Source: Chiloscyllium plagiosum
Lineage: Eukaryota
Assembly (NCBI RefSeq): GCF_004010195.1
Contig: NC_057713.1
Location: 89,049,770 to 89,113,769 of the forward strand
DNA: 64,000 nt
Direction of reading: 5' to 3'
Shown here: in pieces, positions 10,501 through 23,400 of the stretch
Position numbering within the stretch: position 1 is the stretch's first letter
How the letters are laid out: each line of letters begins with the position of its first letter
Position numbers and translations under genes: made by a program
Notes under the pieces: model-generated
Databases searched by the model: none
Told to the model about the DNA's origin: nothing
The model's input: the letters and a program-made list of their open reading frames with translations, nothing else

Positions 10501-13500
10501 TTAGCACAAACTTCAGTAGCCCAACACACTGTAATGAAACAAAATACTGATAGTTAAGTGAATGCCAAGCAACAGGAAGAGAAAATGTTATGCTATAACT
10601 TTAGGAAGATGACCTTTGACGTACTTCATTTTGTGAAACAAATCCTACATTATAATTAGATGATTTATTAGTATTAAAAGAAAAATTGCACTGGAAAGAT
10701 TTCAATGCATACTATGTTTTTAATAAATAAACTAGTTCCGATCTCCTTGTTGGTCCTCCTCTCTCTGTCCCTACCCTACTTTCTTTATCCCTTTTTGCCA
10801 TTACTGTTAATGGTTGTTATCCAATGGGCTATTTCTATCAATATAAGAACTAGGTGCAGCCCCTGGAGCCTGCTCTGTCATTTAACATCATCATGGTTTA
10901 TCTCATCCTGGCATCAACTCCACTTTCCTGCTCATTCCCCACAACTCTTCAAACTGTTGCTTGTGTCCCCGTGTCCACCACAGTATAGCATAGTGACTTC
11001 CACAGACTCTCGACCCTTTTGAGAGAAGTAAATTGTCCTCGTTTCTGTTTAAATCAGCCACTCTATGACCTAAAACTTTTGAGGTTTTATCCTAAATTGC
11101 CCCACAAGTGGAAACATCTTTTCTGTCTGCTTCATCAATTTCTTTTAGCATCTTTTATACCTTAAGTAACCACCTTTATTATCGTAAATAGCTCAATAAT
11201 GAATCTGAATGATAAAACTTTGAAATTTTGAAAGCTATTTCTTCATAAACCTTTTGCCCAATAATGAATGCTGTCGTGATAGAACCCAAATAGACTTTGA
11301 GGTCATAATGATTGATACACAATATCAGGACAGTTTTACAGCCCAAGACAGATTTGCTGTGGTTCTGTTTGCCGAGCTGGAAATATTTGTTGCAAACGTT
11401 TCGTCCCCTGGCTAGGCGACATCATCAGTGCTTGGGAGCCTCCTGCGAAGCGCTTCTATGATGTTTCCTCCGGTGTTTATAGTGGTCTGTCCCTGCCGCT
11501 TCCGGTTGTCAGTTTCAGCTGTCCGCTGTAGTGGTTGGTATATTGGGTCCCGGTCGATGTGTTTGTTGATGGAGTTTGTGGATGAATGCCATGCCTCTAG
11601 GAATTCCCTGGCTGTTCTGTCTGGCTTGCCCTATGATAGTAATTTTGTCCCAGTCGAATTCATGTTGCTTGTCTGCATCAACTAGCCACGAAACGACACG
11701 ACCAGCTATCCTTAGTAGCCACACACGCAGACAACAAGCAACATGAATTCGACTGGGACAACACTACTATCATAGGGCAAGCCAGGCAGAGAACAGCCAG
11801 GGAATTCCTAGAGTCATGGCATTCATCCACAAACTCCATCAACAAACACATCGACCTGGACCCAATATACCAACCACTACAGCGGACAGCTGAAACTGAC
11901 AACCGGAAGCGGCAGGGACAGACCACTATAAACACTGGAGGAAACATCAAAGAAGCGCTTCGCAGGAGGCTCCCAAGCACTGATGATGTCGCCTAGCCAG
12001 GGGACGAAACGTTTACAACAAAAACTTCAGCTCGGCGAACAGAACCACAGCAACGAGCACCCGAGCTACAAATCTTCGCACAAACTTTGAACAGATTTAA
12101 CTGTACAGAGTATAAGAAAGATCATGGACGTGAACCTTTTAAAAAGGATTCTCTTTAGCCAGGGTCCAATATTTAGTTTTGAATTAACACTAATTATCTC
12201 AGTTCTGTATCTTGTTATGCTGCTACATCATATTGTTAGAATGTTTACTGGTATTCTAACAATCTTACTCCATCCCTCTGACAGTCTGTTTAAGATAAGG
12301 CAATCATTGTAGGAGAGATCCAATCTGTCAGACTGTGATACAACTTATCAAACGTTGGTTGGTAGGACAAAGTTTAAAAATTCCAACTCAAAAAGCTGCT
12401 GGGTGGAGATTTACTTCACATTTTATTTCCATTGCATGCTCAGCTTTTTCTAATTGAACTTACTATTAAATTTAGTTGCCAGGACAGGACGATGTTGGAT
12501 GACCTCAAATTACTGACGTAATCACAAATTAGTTTCAAATCAAAGTAATTATGGAAATCCAACAATAAGCAGGGTTAACAGAAAATAAACTGGGCCACAT
12601 TGTTGTTTATTTAGTTTTTCTAGTGTTGGAAGTTGATCTGCATTGTGATAACATGACTATCTGTTGTTGCCCTGTTTGGGGCCAATTTTAACTCCCCTCA
12701 CTTAATGAGAATAGAAAACTAGTTTAGATAAAGTAAAATCTACTTATCAGCCTGAGATAATGCCTAGTGATATCTTGCATAAATTTTCAAATCAGCTGAG
12801 GCTCCTGCTACAGTTGAACAAGAGCATAATTTAAATTTATGATCTCATCTTGGTGACAGTGTAGTAACTGGACAACGTGGAGATGAGTGAGATTTAAAAG
12901 AAATATCAGTTGAGTTCTTTAGGAGGATGTGTAATTAAGTTATCCTCAATCCTCTCTTTGCTTGGCCCTGCCAGGCAATCTCTCTTATCAACATGTTATC
13001 ATCCTATACCAAAGCCCCTTTACTGCTTCATAACGTTTTACACCTAGAAAGCAAAGATGAAAATTTGAATCCACAAAATTGCTGGAATAGTTTAATCCAC
13101 ATAAGATTGATATAGATAATGCAATTTAAAAACTAAGAGTGGAGGATCAGTATGATAATTTGTTGGTGTCCTCTTCAGCTATTTACTGATTAGTATTCAC
13201 TATCTTCAAAACTCTGTGCAGTGTGAATTTCCATCGTAATCAAATGCGTGCCATTTCAAAAGCAATCACTGAACGAATGGTTGACCGCACCAGGACATTA
13301 AGGTCCCAGAGATCCAAAAGATCCTGGGATGAAGGGCTCTCAAGATCAACTAAAGAGCTGTTCAGTTGGTTACATCAGCAGAAGGTAAGTCTAATTGCAG
13401 CATTAAAACATTTTGAAATACTTACACAATAATGAAAAGGGGAATTAGCATTTTTGTATTCAAGGTTTTAAATTAGTATTTCTTTTCACAGTTTTCTGTC

Positions 13501-16500
13501 CTTGCATTATACTACTAATCCCCTAAATTGTAAGTTTATTTTTAAAAATTGCACAGAAAATAATGAATAAATCATAATAAATGTTATAGTTATGTTATAA
13601 CTATATGATATTTGTGTTTACATCAATTAGGTACAAATTGGACATTTTTTTTTTCCAAAGTGAATATAATGGGAACATCTGAAGATATGCAATTATTTAT
13701 TATAAGATGATGGGCCATATTCAAGTCCTCATCTCGATACCAAGTGGCTTGAGTGGAAGATACTCGTCTTGGTTGAAGAAGAGATAGAGTTCTCCTACCG
13801 TTATTCTCCATGTATTATGACCAATAACTGACTCATTCACTTTATCCTTTATAAGATTTCCCTCATATCATTCCTTACTCCACTTCCTCAACCCAAAGAT
13901 GGAAATGTTTGAGTGACAACTTGAGGGACTCTGGCATTGCCAAACATTATCACATTGAAATGTCTGTAGAACCTCAATTATTAATCAAATAGCACTCAAT
14001 AGATCATTGTTTACAGCTTTTGTCCTTGATTGACAGAGAGGTGTCGTTAATCATTCTTGGTCATGTTGCTATGATTATGTTTCAAGTATCGCAGGTAGTC
14101 TGAGAACAAAAGAATTGCAGCTGCTTCCTGCATAATGTGCATTGATGTGCAGAATAAAATAATTAACTTCAATGGTAATCAACACCATTGGACTTGTATT
14201 TCCAAATGAGACCTTAATTGCCACATTGACATAAGTACACTGCTCTTGTAGGATTTCACGCTAAAAAAATTATTGATTTCTCTGTTGCTCCCTTGTACCC
14301 TTTTAGTGTATTCCTGCCCACATTTTAACTGTTGCTTGTTGACTATTACCTGACCCCTCTTGAATTAACAAGTTATAGTAGTTGTCACACTTGCAGCTGT
14401 GTCCTTGTATCCAAAAGCTGCAGGTCAAGTGCCAATAGTTGACAAATCTCACTTTATGTGCTGAGGGATAGGGAACTCATACAATGCCGATAAGAAAACC
14501 CTAGATAAGGAACTCTTTGGTTTGTCAACTGTTTGGTGCCTGTACTCACAAGTTGGATGCTCCCTTTGTTCAATATGCTGTCCATTCTTGGCTTCCTTCT
14601 TCTCAAGCATGTAGCCTCATCATCCTCTTACTCCAAGTATGATTGCCATGGAATTGCAGATGATAATGTTATATGTTTCTGCAATATCAACTTTTATCAC
14701 TTTGTACTTATTATGCTAAGTCCATCTACACAATGATTCTTAAGGTGTTTTTAAAACTTTTGAAAAAACACAGTATATATTAGTCTGTTGGGCTATTTAG
14801 ATATGTTTTGCAGTGGCTATCTGGTTTAAGGACAGACATCTGTCTATGGATCCCTCTATTTAATTTAAAATGTGCACCAAAGATGATGAATAATTCGTAA
14901 TAGATATTAGAATGGATATTAGCTGATGTTGGTGTTTGGATCAGTTAGAGTTTTGGGCAACACGGTGGCTCAGTGGTTAGCACTGCTGCCTCACAGCACT
15001 AGGGATCCAGGTTCAATTCCACCCTCTGGCAACAGAGTTTGCACATTCTCTCCATGTCTGCGTGGGTTTCCTCCAGGTGCTCTGGTTTCCTCCCACAGTC
15101 CAAAAATGTGCATGTCAGGTGGGTTGGCCATGCTAAATTGCCCGTAGCATTCAGGGATTTGCATTTTGGGTAGGTTAGCCATGGAAAATGCAGGGTTACA
15201 GGGATAGGGTGGGACTGGGTGGGATGCTGTTTAGAGGGTTGATGTGGACTTGATGTGCCGAATAGACTGTTTCTACACTGTCAGGATTTTATGATTAGAT
15301 ACAAATTAGACATTTTCCCAAAGTGAATATAATGAGAATGTTATTATATGTTACCATTTACTGTGAGGTGGTGGGCCATATTCATGTTCTCATCTCAATG
15401 TAAAGTGGCTTGAGTGGAAGATTAAAGGGCAGGCATCTGTCTATAGTCCTTAGATGGTAAAGGAGAGTTTATTCAGCTCTGTGTATTACATATAGAAAAT
15501 ATCATTGGTGTTCATTTTACGCTGAATCTTGTGAACCATGTGATGGAACTGTGCCTGTTTGTTTTTAGTTTTGATGCCATTTTGATGTGTCTTATATTAA
15601 GGCAGTATATCAACCATATTTCCTTTAAAGTTAAAGCCATTTAAATCACAATAAAAAAGGGGATAAAATGTCAATATTACAAAAATGTGGTATTCCATTT
15701 TCCAAACAGAGTCTGATGGACATGCAAGATTGGGGAGTAGATGCAACCTCAGTAGAGCGTCAGATAAATGAACAACAAAATTACCATAGGAACCTCGAAG
15801 ACTTTCGCTGGAAAATAGATAAAGCTAGAATGGAACAGGTAATTAAACAAAGTAATTGTTAAGTATTTTGTATAAATAAGTAAATTGTGTTACTGTAAAT
15901 GAAAGGATAAATGTAAAAGAATGCCATTACTATACTTTGAGTAGCTGTCTTGAATTTAAAATATTCCAACATTAGAAAGGTATAGTGACTGAGGTTTTCC
16001 ACTCCTGTCATGGGCACTGGGATTTGAATTCTTTTAAAGTGAATCGATTGAAGATCTTTCTGTGGCAAGTACAGAATCAGAAATTCGTGGCCTGTGTTTT
16101 GATGGAGGAGTTTTTGTTTTGTTAGATGAACAGTACTTGAAGCTCCAATCAGTTATAATTTTCAGCGTTTGAAAAGGAGCATGATGTGTAGTTAGAAACT
16201 GTGTTTAGAAGTATTAAGCTTGTGTGGGAAGTGTGTATGAAGAACACTGAAGTGAATGAGAGGAACATGTTTTAAAATCGAGCCTAAGAAATGGTGTACT
16301 TGACAACAGCACAACGTTTTACTCCAATGTAGTTCATGTTTTGTTGAGATTTACAGGCCCAAGAAGTGCCTTGCTATGAGTCATGTGGGATTGTTCCATT
16401 AAGGACAGTGCAATTTCTTAACCAGGAGTGGAGTTGTCATGTATTTATTACCACATCACAAAGTACAGCTTTTATTTTGCATTAGAAGAGGGAAAGAAGC

Positions 16501-19500
16501 TAGACCTTGATTCTAGCAGTACCCCTAGGCTAAGACAATTCTGAGCAGACAGCAAAGATGTGCAGTTGATGGTTACAGTCAAGGAGATGACTTGCTGCAA
16601 GTGGTCTGTGTGTTAATTTCTGAAGCGCATTATGTTGTTATGAGAATCACTACCTTAGCAAAAGCAATATCTTGGAAATTTTATTTGCAGGGTTGTGAAG
16701 ACTGGAATTTTGTTATAGCCGTTACTAAAGTTTTACTGCTGGTCACCAATAGGTTTTCAAGATGACTATTCCTATAAAACTGTCTTAACTTTTCAAGGTT
16801 ATAGATGCTAAATGGCATGCTGCCCTCCGTTGGTAATTTTTACAGTTTTCTTTGAGCTTCTATTCACGCTTTGGGAGAAAATTCTTATAAATAGATATGA
16901 AAGCGGCTTATTTTCAGCAATGTATTTTACAGTAAAAAAAAATGAATGGGCACTTAGCATTAACTGGTCAATAAAAAATTGTGTGCATATCATAAATATT
17001 CTAATGTACTCCAAAATCCATTTTTATTCACATAGCTGTACTTTTGTGCTTTAAAGTGTCTCTTCCCTCAAACTACTACAAGGCAATTGATGTGCTGCTC
17101 AAATAGGATTCCTTTGCACTGGAAGTAAAATCAACATAAATTGCTGAGGTCAAGAATACATTTTGCCATTCATTTTCAAACTCAATTTACAATTCCACTG
17201 TGTCCTAATTCGCAGTCTATAAAGGGACCACTGTTTGTCAATATGTGGGCCTTCCTTATTCTTATGTGCACCAGGAATCTGTTACTCACTGCAAATATTA
17301 TAACTAGACACCATTTTTTTATTGAGCTGCTGGACTTTTGGTGCAGCCTTGAGCTGGATACATGCCATCGATTTTGCATCTTCAATCTCAAGCCTAGTTA
17401 GCATTGATTTTAAAAAAGGGAAATCATGTTCAACAAATCTAATTGAATTTATTGAGGAGTAATTAGTGGAATTGGTAAGATGGAGCTGGTTGATGTGATT
17501 TTCTTGGACTTTTGGAAGTTTTTCAAGGAGATCCCAGAAATGAAGTTAGCATGTAAAAATCAAGCATAACGGATTGGGGGTGGTGTGCAGACATGGATAG
17601 AGGACTGGTTGGCAGATGTGATAGAAAACAGGTTTCATTTAAGTTACTAATTGCTCCTGAATGGGGAATTGAGTATCACAAGAGACTTGATTGCTGCTGG
17701 AAATGCTTAACTAGAGAAGTGTTTGTTTATGCAAATTTGCTAAATTAATTGCAATATCTGGATTGCACGGCAATTGCCAATGCCTTTTTTTTCTGATAGA
17801 TGTGTAAATCAGAAACTAATTGTGCATTCAGAAATACTGATTACTTTGTCTTCCTCATGTAGCAAGGCAACTTCTCTGAAAGCAGCAGGGAACACATGCA
17901 AGCATTGCAAAATGAATACGACAGTATGTTGGTGAGCAGAAAGCCTTCACAAAGATAAAATCAGATTTTTTTTTCGAATTTGGTATTTTAGTTGAGCAAG
18001 TAATGAGTCTTAGTTTTATGTTTGTGTACCTCAATAGAAAGCTTCCACAGAGAGACTTGAACAACTGAGAAAACTCCAGAATATCATTTCAGCAACTTCA
18101 AATGAAATAATGTGGATCAATGACCGTGAAGAAGAAGAACTTGTTCATGATTGGAGTGATAAAAATACAAGAATTGCTGAAAAGCAAGAAGCTTTCTCTG
18201 TAAGTTCATATATTTCAGAATACCACAAAACTCACAAAAGCTGCACTTTACAGTTACAAGATAGAATTGCAAATTGGTTCCCTGTGTTTCATAGCCGTTG
18301 CTTCTAACCTCCCAGTAATTTAACTAATAGGATTGGGTGAGGTGAGACTATTAACAGAGTCATAGTGTAGATACAGACCCTTCAGTCCAACCAGTCCATG
18401 CCAAATTAATCCCAAATTAAACTAATCCCACCTAACTGCTCCTGGCCGATATCCCTCCAGATGTTTCCTATTAATGTACTTATCCAAATGTCTTTTAAAT
18501 GGTGTAATTGTACGGACATCCACCACTTCCTCAGGAAGTTCAGTCCATATATGAACCACCCTCAATGTTAACAAAAATTGCTCCTCGTGGCTTTTTAAAA
18601 TCTCTCTCCTGTCACCTTAAAAAATGTGTCCCCTCATCTTGAAATCCCCCATCCTAGGGAAAAGACAATTACAATTAGCCCTAACTATACCCCTCACTAT
18701 TTTATAAACTCATATCAGGTCACATCTCCAAACCTTCGAATGCTCCTGTGAAAAAAAAGTCCGAGTCAATCCGGCCTTTCTTTATAACTCAAACCTTCCA
18801 TACTCGCAACATCCTGGTAAATCTCTTCTGAACCCTCTCCAGCATAATAATATCCTTCTGATAACTGGACACAGCTGGAAAGAAATCTTCGTGTTAATTT
18901 CAGAATTATGCATGTGAGTTAATACCAAGCACTTTTAAAAGATGACTGACACTTGATAATTGGCTTGCTTTACCAAACCAAATTTGAACAAAAACAAACA
19001 CACATGACTATGCAGACCACATTACTACTTCTGTCCCTGTACTCTGTCTTCTCAGCCTCTTTCCTCAAATTTCTAAAGTGAGTGAAATTTCAAATTATTG
19101 GCAAATTTAATGCTTTCAAATTTGAAATTTTAATCCACCAAAATAGTTGGCAAAAGCTTCACATGTTCAGTCAAAATTTTCCATATTTTTGAATAATTAA
19201 TGGGTACCAATCATTATATCTTTTGGTTAACTTTGGAAACTCTGACTTCCTGCATGAAACATTGCTTGGTAAGGGAAAATTGGATGTGGAGAGGGAATAT
19301 TTCAGCTTTATTGTTTTGTTTTCTACATGGAGTTTTGTTGTGCTTGCATCCTGTATAATTAACCTTTGGTAATAAATGCATAATTATGAATATCATACAG
19401 TAAACTACTCTTAATTGTAAAAAAAGGAAATTATGGAAAGCAAATTGACTTCCTTTTTTTAAAAAAATGACTACTGAATCTCGAGCTGGAACACTGAAAG

Positions 19501-20359
19501 AAAACAGAATATGGTGGTGAAGCTAAACTGTCTTGAAATGATAACTTGATGAGCTTCAAGCATTATACACATTGTACCTGTAAATGTCCTTGTAGCCTAG
19601 ATAGTAAGAATGGTCCTCTCTATTTTAAAACATATTTGGTCAGTGAATGTATCCCTATTTTCTCTGAAAATAAAAGGGAGATATTCACGCCTTGGATCTT
19701 TGTTTTGAATTACCCAGGGGAACCTGTAGTTCTGTTGCATTCTGCAAAGCACTGCCTCAGACAGGGTTGACTTGATAACACAACTGCTCTGTTATCCTAT
19801 TGCTCTGTGTAAATTGTTGTGATCATTGAAAATTTGGCATTCTTGCGTTTGGCCTAATAAGAACCAAACGGAAAGCTTCGGCAATATTGGCGTTTTGTAC
19901 TAACAAGTGACTGCTTACTGCTTTACTTACCAGCACCTTGTGTTTAATCATTTAAATTTTACTTGCTTTTGTTAGATGATGATGAGCAAGTTGGAAGAAA
20001 AGGAAAAGCAGTTAAACAGACTCAAACAAGATGGTGACCAGCTAATAGCAAATAATCATCCCGCAGCTGACAAGATTGAGGTGGGGGTGCCTGGATAATC
20101 AATTATTTAGAAGCAGTGTGAATCTTGAATAAGTATAGTCAAGTTTACGATTAAGTTTAAAGATGGGGAAGTGACTGCTACAGCCAACCCAGCTCAAAAA
20201 TTTGAAGCATGATCACAATTTCTAAAATAATACAAAGAATTGAAGGTGCTGGAAAACTGAAACAAAAACAGGAAGTGTTGGAGAAACTCAGCACGCCTGG
20301 CAGCATATGTAGGAAGAGAAACAGTGTTAATGGTTGGAGTCCAGGTAATCTTGCCCCCT

Positions 20360-20403
<44 letters not shown>

Positions 20404-23400
20404 TCTCTCCCCCCAAATAGAACGTGCTGTTTTTCTGTCACTGTTCATTACCGAGGTATTTGTATGAGATGTTAGTGATAATTGCTCCAAACCTTTGATC
20501 AGGTATGATGCTTATATCAGACTTGTTTGCTACTTAAGAACGTGTTTAAAGTAATGCCTCATGTCACAGGAGGCAATTGATTGATGCAAAAGTGCAACGG
20601 AGATCATTGTTGTTAATTGCTGAATTCTTCATTGGTAGCATTTGTGGAATAGAAATTGCATTGTTTGATATCTAGCGAAGACTTTCCCTGTATTCATTTC
20701 CTATCTTGATCACATTTATTTTAACATATTAAAAGCCTAGAAGTTTAAAACAAAACTTGCCATCCAATTCTGCCTTAAATCCTGTTTCAATGGGGACATG
20801 ATTTTTTTTAAAGTCAGCATGTGTGGATAAAAAAAATTAATACTTAGTATTTAAAACAGTTTTAATTGCAATACTTCAGCTTGCATTTTAACAGAGTCGC
20901 TGCTATTGTCAACCCATTTTAGTATTTCCATTTGCAATACAATGGAAAAATATACTAGCATCTATAATTAATGTAATTGCATCCTTGCAAATTGTCAATT
21001 TACATTCTTACTAGACATTTCTGTTCTCTCACGCAGAAGTATTAGATTTGCATTCTGGCAGTGCCTGCATAGTTTTTTGTTTTAAAAAGTAGCCTCATTT
21101 GTTTTTGAAGAAGTAGAGTTTTGATTTTTCCATGCTTAACCCTACAGAGACAAAGCACCAAATGCTGAATATTTTAATAAAAACAAGAATTGGAATTAAA
21201 AAGGGGGATCAACTTGGGGAATGGGTTGGATAGACTAATCTTCAGTTCATACAGCTTTGGAATTTTTTTAAAGTTCTCACATCTGATCATATATACATAT
21301 GATGGATCATCTGCTAGGCTTTTTTCCAAATGACAGGGCACCAGGACCTAAAATGATATTGATAACTGAGCTTGTATAAGAATAATTTTTGTTGTCAAAA
21401 ATTACCCACGTTATTAAATAACAATCTGCTTTATATATTGATTGAAAAATCTGTGCACTTTTTATAAAATTGCAGGCCTACATTGATACTCTGCAGACAC
21501 AGTGGAGTTGGATTCTCCAGCTTACAAAGTGCATTGAAGTTCATCTCAAAGAAAATTCCAACTATTTCCAGGTATGCTATATAATTCTGCAGATCAATTG
21601 ATTTAATTTAAATATGTACCACCCTCCCGTACCTGCAGTAATCAGACAAGCCTCAAATTACTTCATTCAGATGTATGCAAGGACAAGATGTCTCAGCCAA
21701 GCTGAAACATGACCTCACTTATTCAATTGCAAGCAAAGGCTTTATGCTTCATTTGCAACGATTACAATACCTACTAATGTATTATCGCAGTCATCCAATT
21801 GAGAGCCTGCACAGACTGTTCATGCAGTAAATACATGATCCATGGCCAATTCCACTGAGATTTGTATAAAAACATCACACTGGCCAGTTGTAGTTATGCT
21901 ACGTATACGTTTTGAATTTACTGACATCACTTTTTAATTCCATATTAGGTACTAGCTACATTCTTGTTGAACCTCTTAGCCTTCTATGGGCCTTCCAGAC
22001 AGTGACAACATACTAGTCTTATATAAACTGCTTCAGAAGCTAACTATATTTTTCCTTTTCAGTATCCTATCAGTCTGGATAGTTGTAGAGATATTATAAT
22101 CCATGCTTTACGATGTGTTATGACCCCAGTTGATGCAACCAGATGGGTCATATCCCTTAATATTGGATTTTAACTATATCTAATGACAGATGTTAAATTA
22201 ACTGGTCTACTGTTTCCTATGTACTGTTGCCCTCTTTTTTGAATAAGAGCATTATATTAGTATTGTACCAATCCACTGAAACTTTTCCGCTATCCAGAGA
22301 ATTTAGATATCTTATAATCAGTGTATCCATTTTCCTGTTGCCACTTCCTTTAAGACCTGAGAATGTAGGCCATCAGGCTTTGGAACTTGTCTGCCTTCCA
22401 TCCTGATAGTTTGCTCAGTACTTTTTCCCTAGTGATGTTGATTGTTCTACGTTCCTCCTTTGACATAACCTCTGCATTACCTGTCACTGTTGCAATTGTA
22501 CCTGTGCCCTCCACTGTGAAAATATTCATTATGTCTCTGCCCTTTCTGTTTATTAACTCAGAAGCCTCACCCTCCAAAGGAAATCATTCTTTTCAGCATT
22601 TCTTTTCCTCTTACATACTTCTGCACCCTCAATCAGTCCAACTATGGCATTTAGGTGGGGGCCAAGTCGAGGATATAAATGGTTAGGTGATCAACTGCAA
22701 CAAATTAATCATGATTCTGTTCATGCTAATAGTTCAGTGACTCACATGCTACCTTCATTTTATAGTTTTTTGAGGATGCTCAAGCAACTGAAAATTCATT
22801 GAAGAAAATGCAGGATTCCCTAAGGAAGAAATTTGTTTGTGATAGATCAACATCACTGCCACAACTGGAGAAGATGATCACAGAATCCGAGGTATTCAAT
22901 ATGATTTTCAAAATGAAGACTTTTTTTTTTTTGGATGTGTAATGTTTGCCAGATTATGACATTGGTTAGGTTTCTTAAAGATCTGACAATTAAGCATTAG
23001 GCCTAACATTCCTGCAGTTTGCCTTGTGGAGTGCCTGTTCTCCAGGTATAAAGGGCTAGATACCTACTTTGCCATGTATGATCCCCACGCCCCCCCCCCC
23101 CCCCCCCCTTCTTAACTCCCCTCCACTTCAGTGTTGCACAGGCATTCCAAGGAGAATAGTGTCTTTGATCCCTGTTGTTCAAGAGCAATTATAAATAGGG
23201 AAGGTTGATGCTGAAATGTACAGCTGCAATCTCATTAGTGCCTTCCTTAACTTCTCTTTCGTGATCCAAGGATCTTGTGGCATGGTGATAATGTTCTTGG
23301 TCAGAAAGTTGGGCTCGAGTCCCATCTGCTTTGGAGGTGTTACATAACATGTTCCAACAGGTTACTATTTTTAATAAATTACCTCTGGGCACCTCTGCTA

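Larger units (their letters stand above)
11354..12090 (+). mobile_element. Penelope-like element 3' end (GIY-YIG C-terminus plus pseudo-LTR) with inverted duplicate arm
   Basis: Arms 11354-11676 and 11727-12053 are near-perfect reverse complements. Open + frame 11676-11996 reads HQLATKRHD...HEFDWDNTTIIGQARQRTAREFLESWHSSTNSIN, typical of a PLE endonuclease end. TSD acagattt at 11348-11355 and 12091-12098. Confidence 0.85.

Noticed and set aside
11428-11980. Twin near-identical ORFs MLGSLLRSAS... on opposite strands
   Set aside because: Antisense frames of the two Penelope arms; the real coding frame is + 11676-11996.
14956-15030. tRNA-like A and B boxes (also at 26241, 34470, 56130)
   Set aside because: These are SINE heads; no complete cloverleaf.
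20178-20490. ORFs with ERERER or SLSLSL runs
   Set aside because: Translations of the (CT)n microsatellite.
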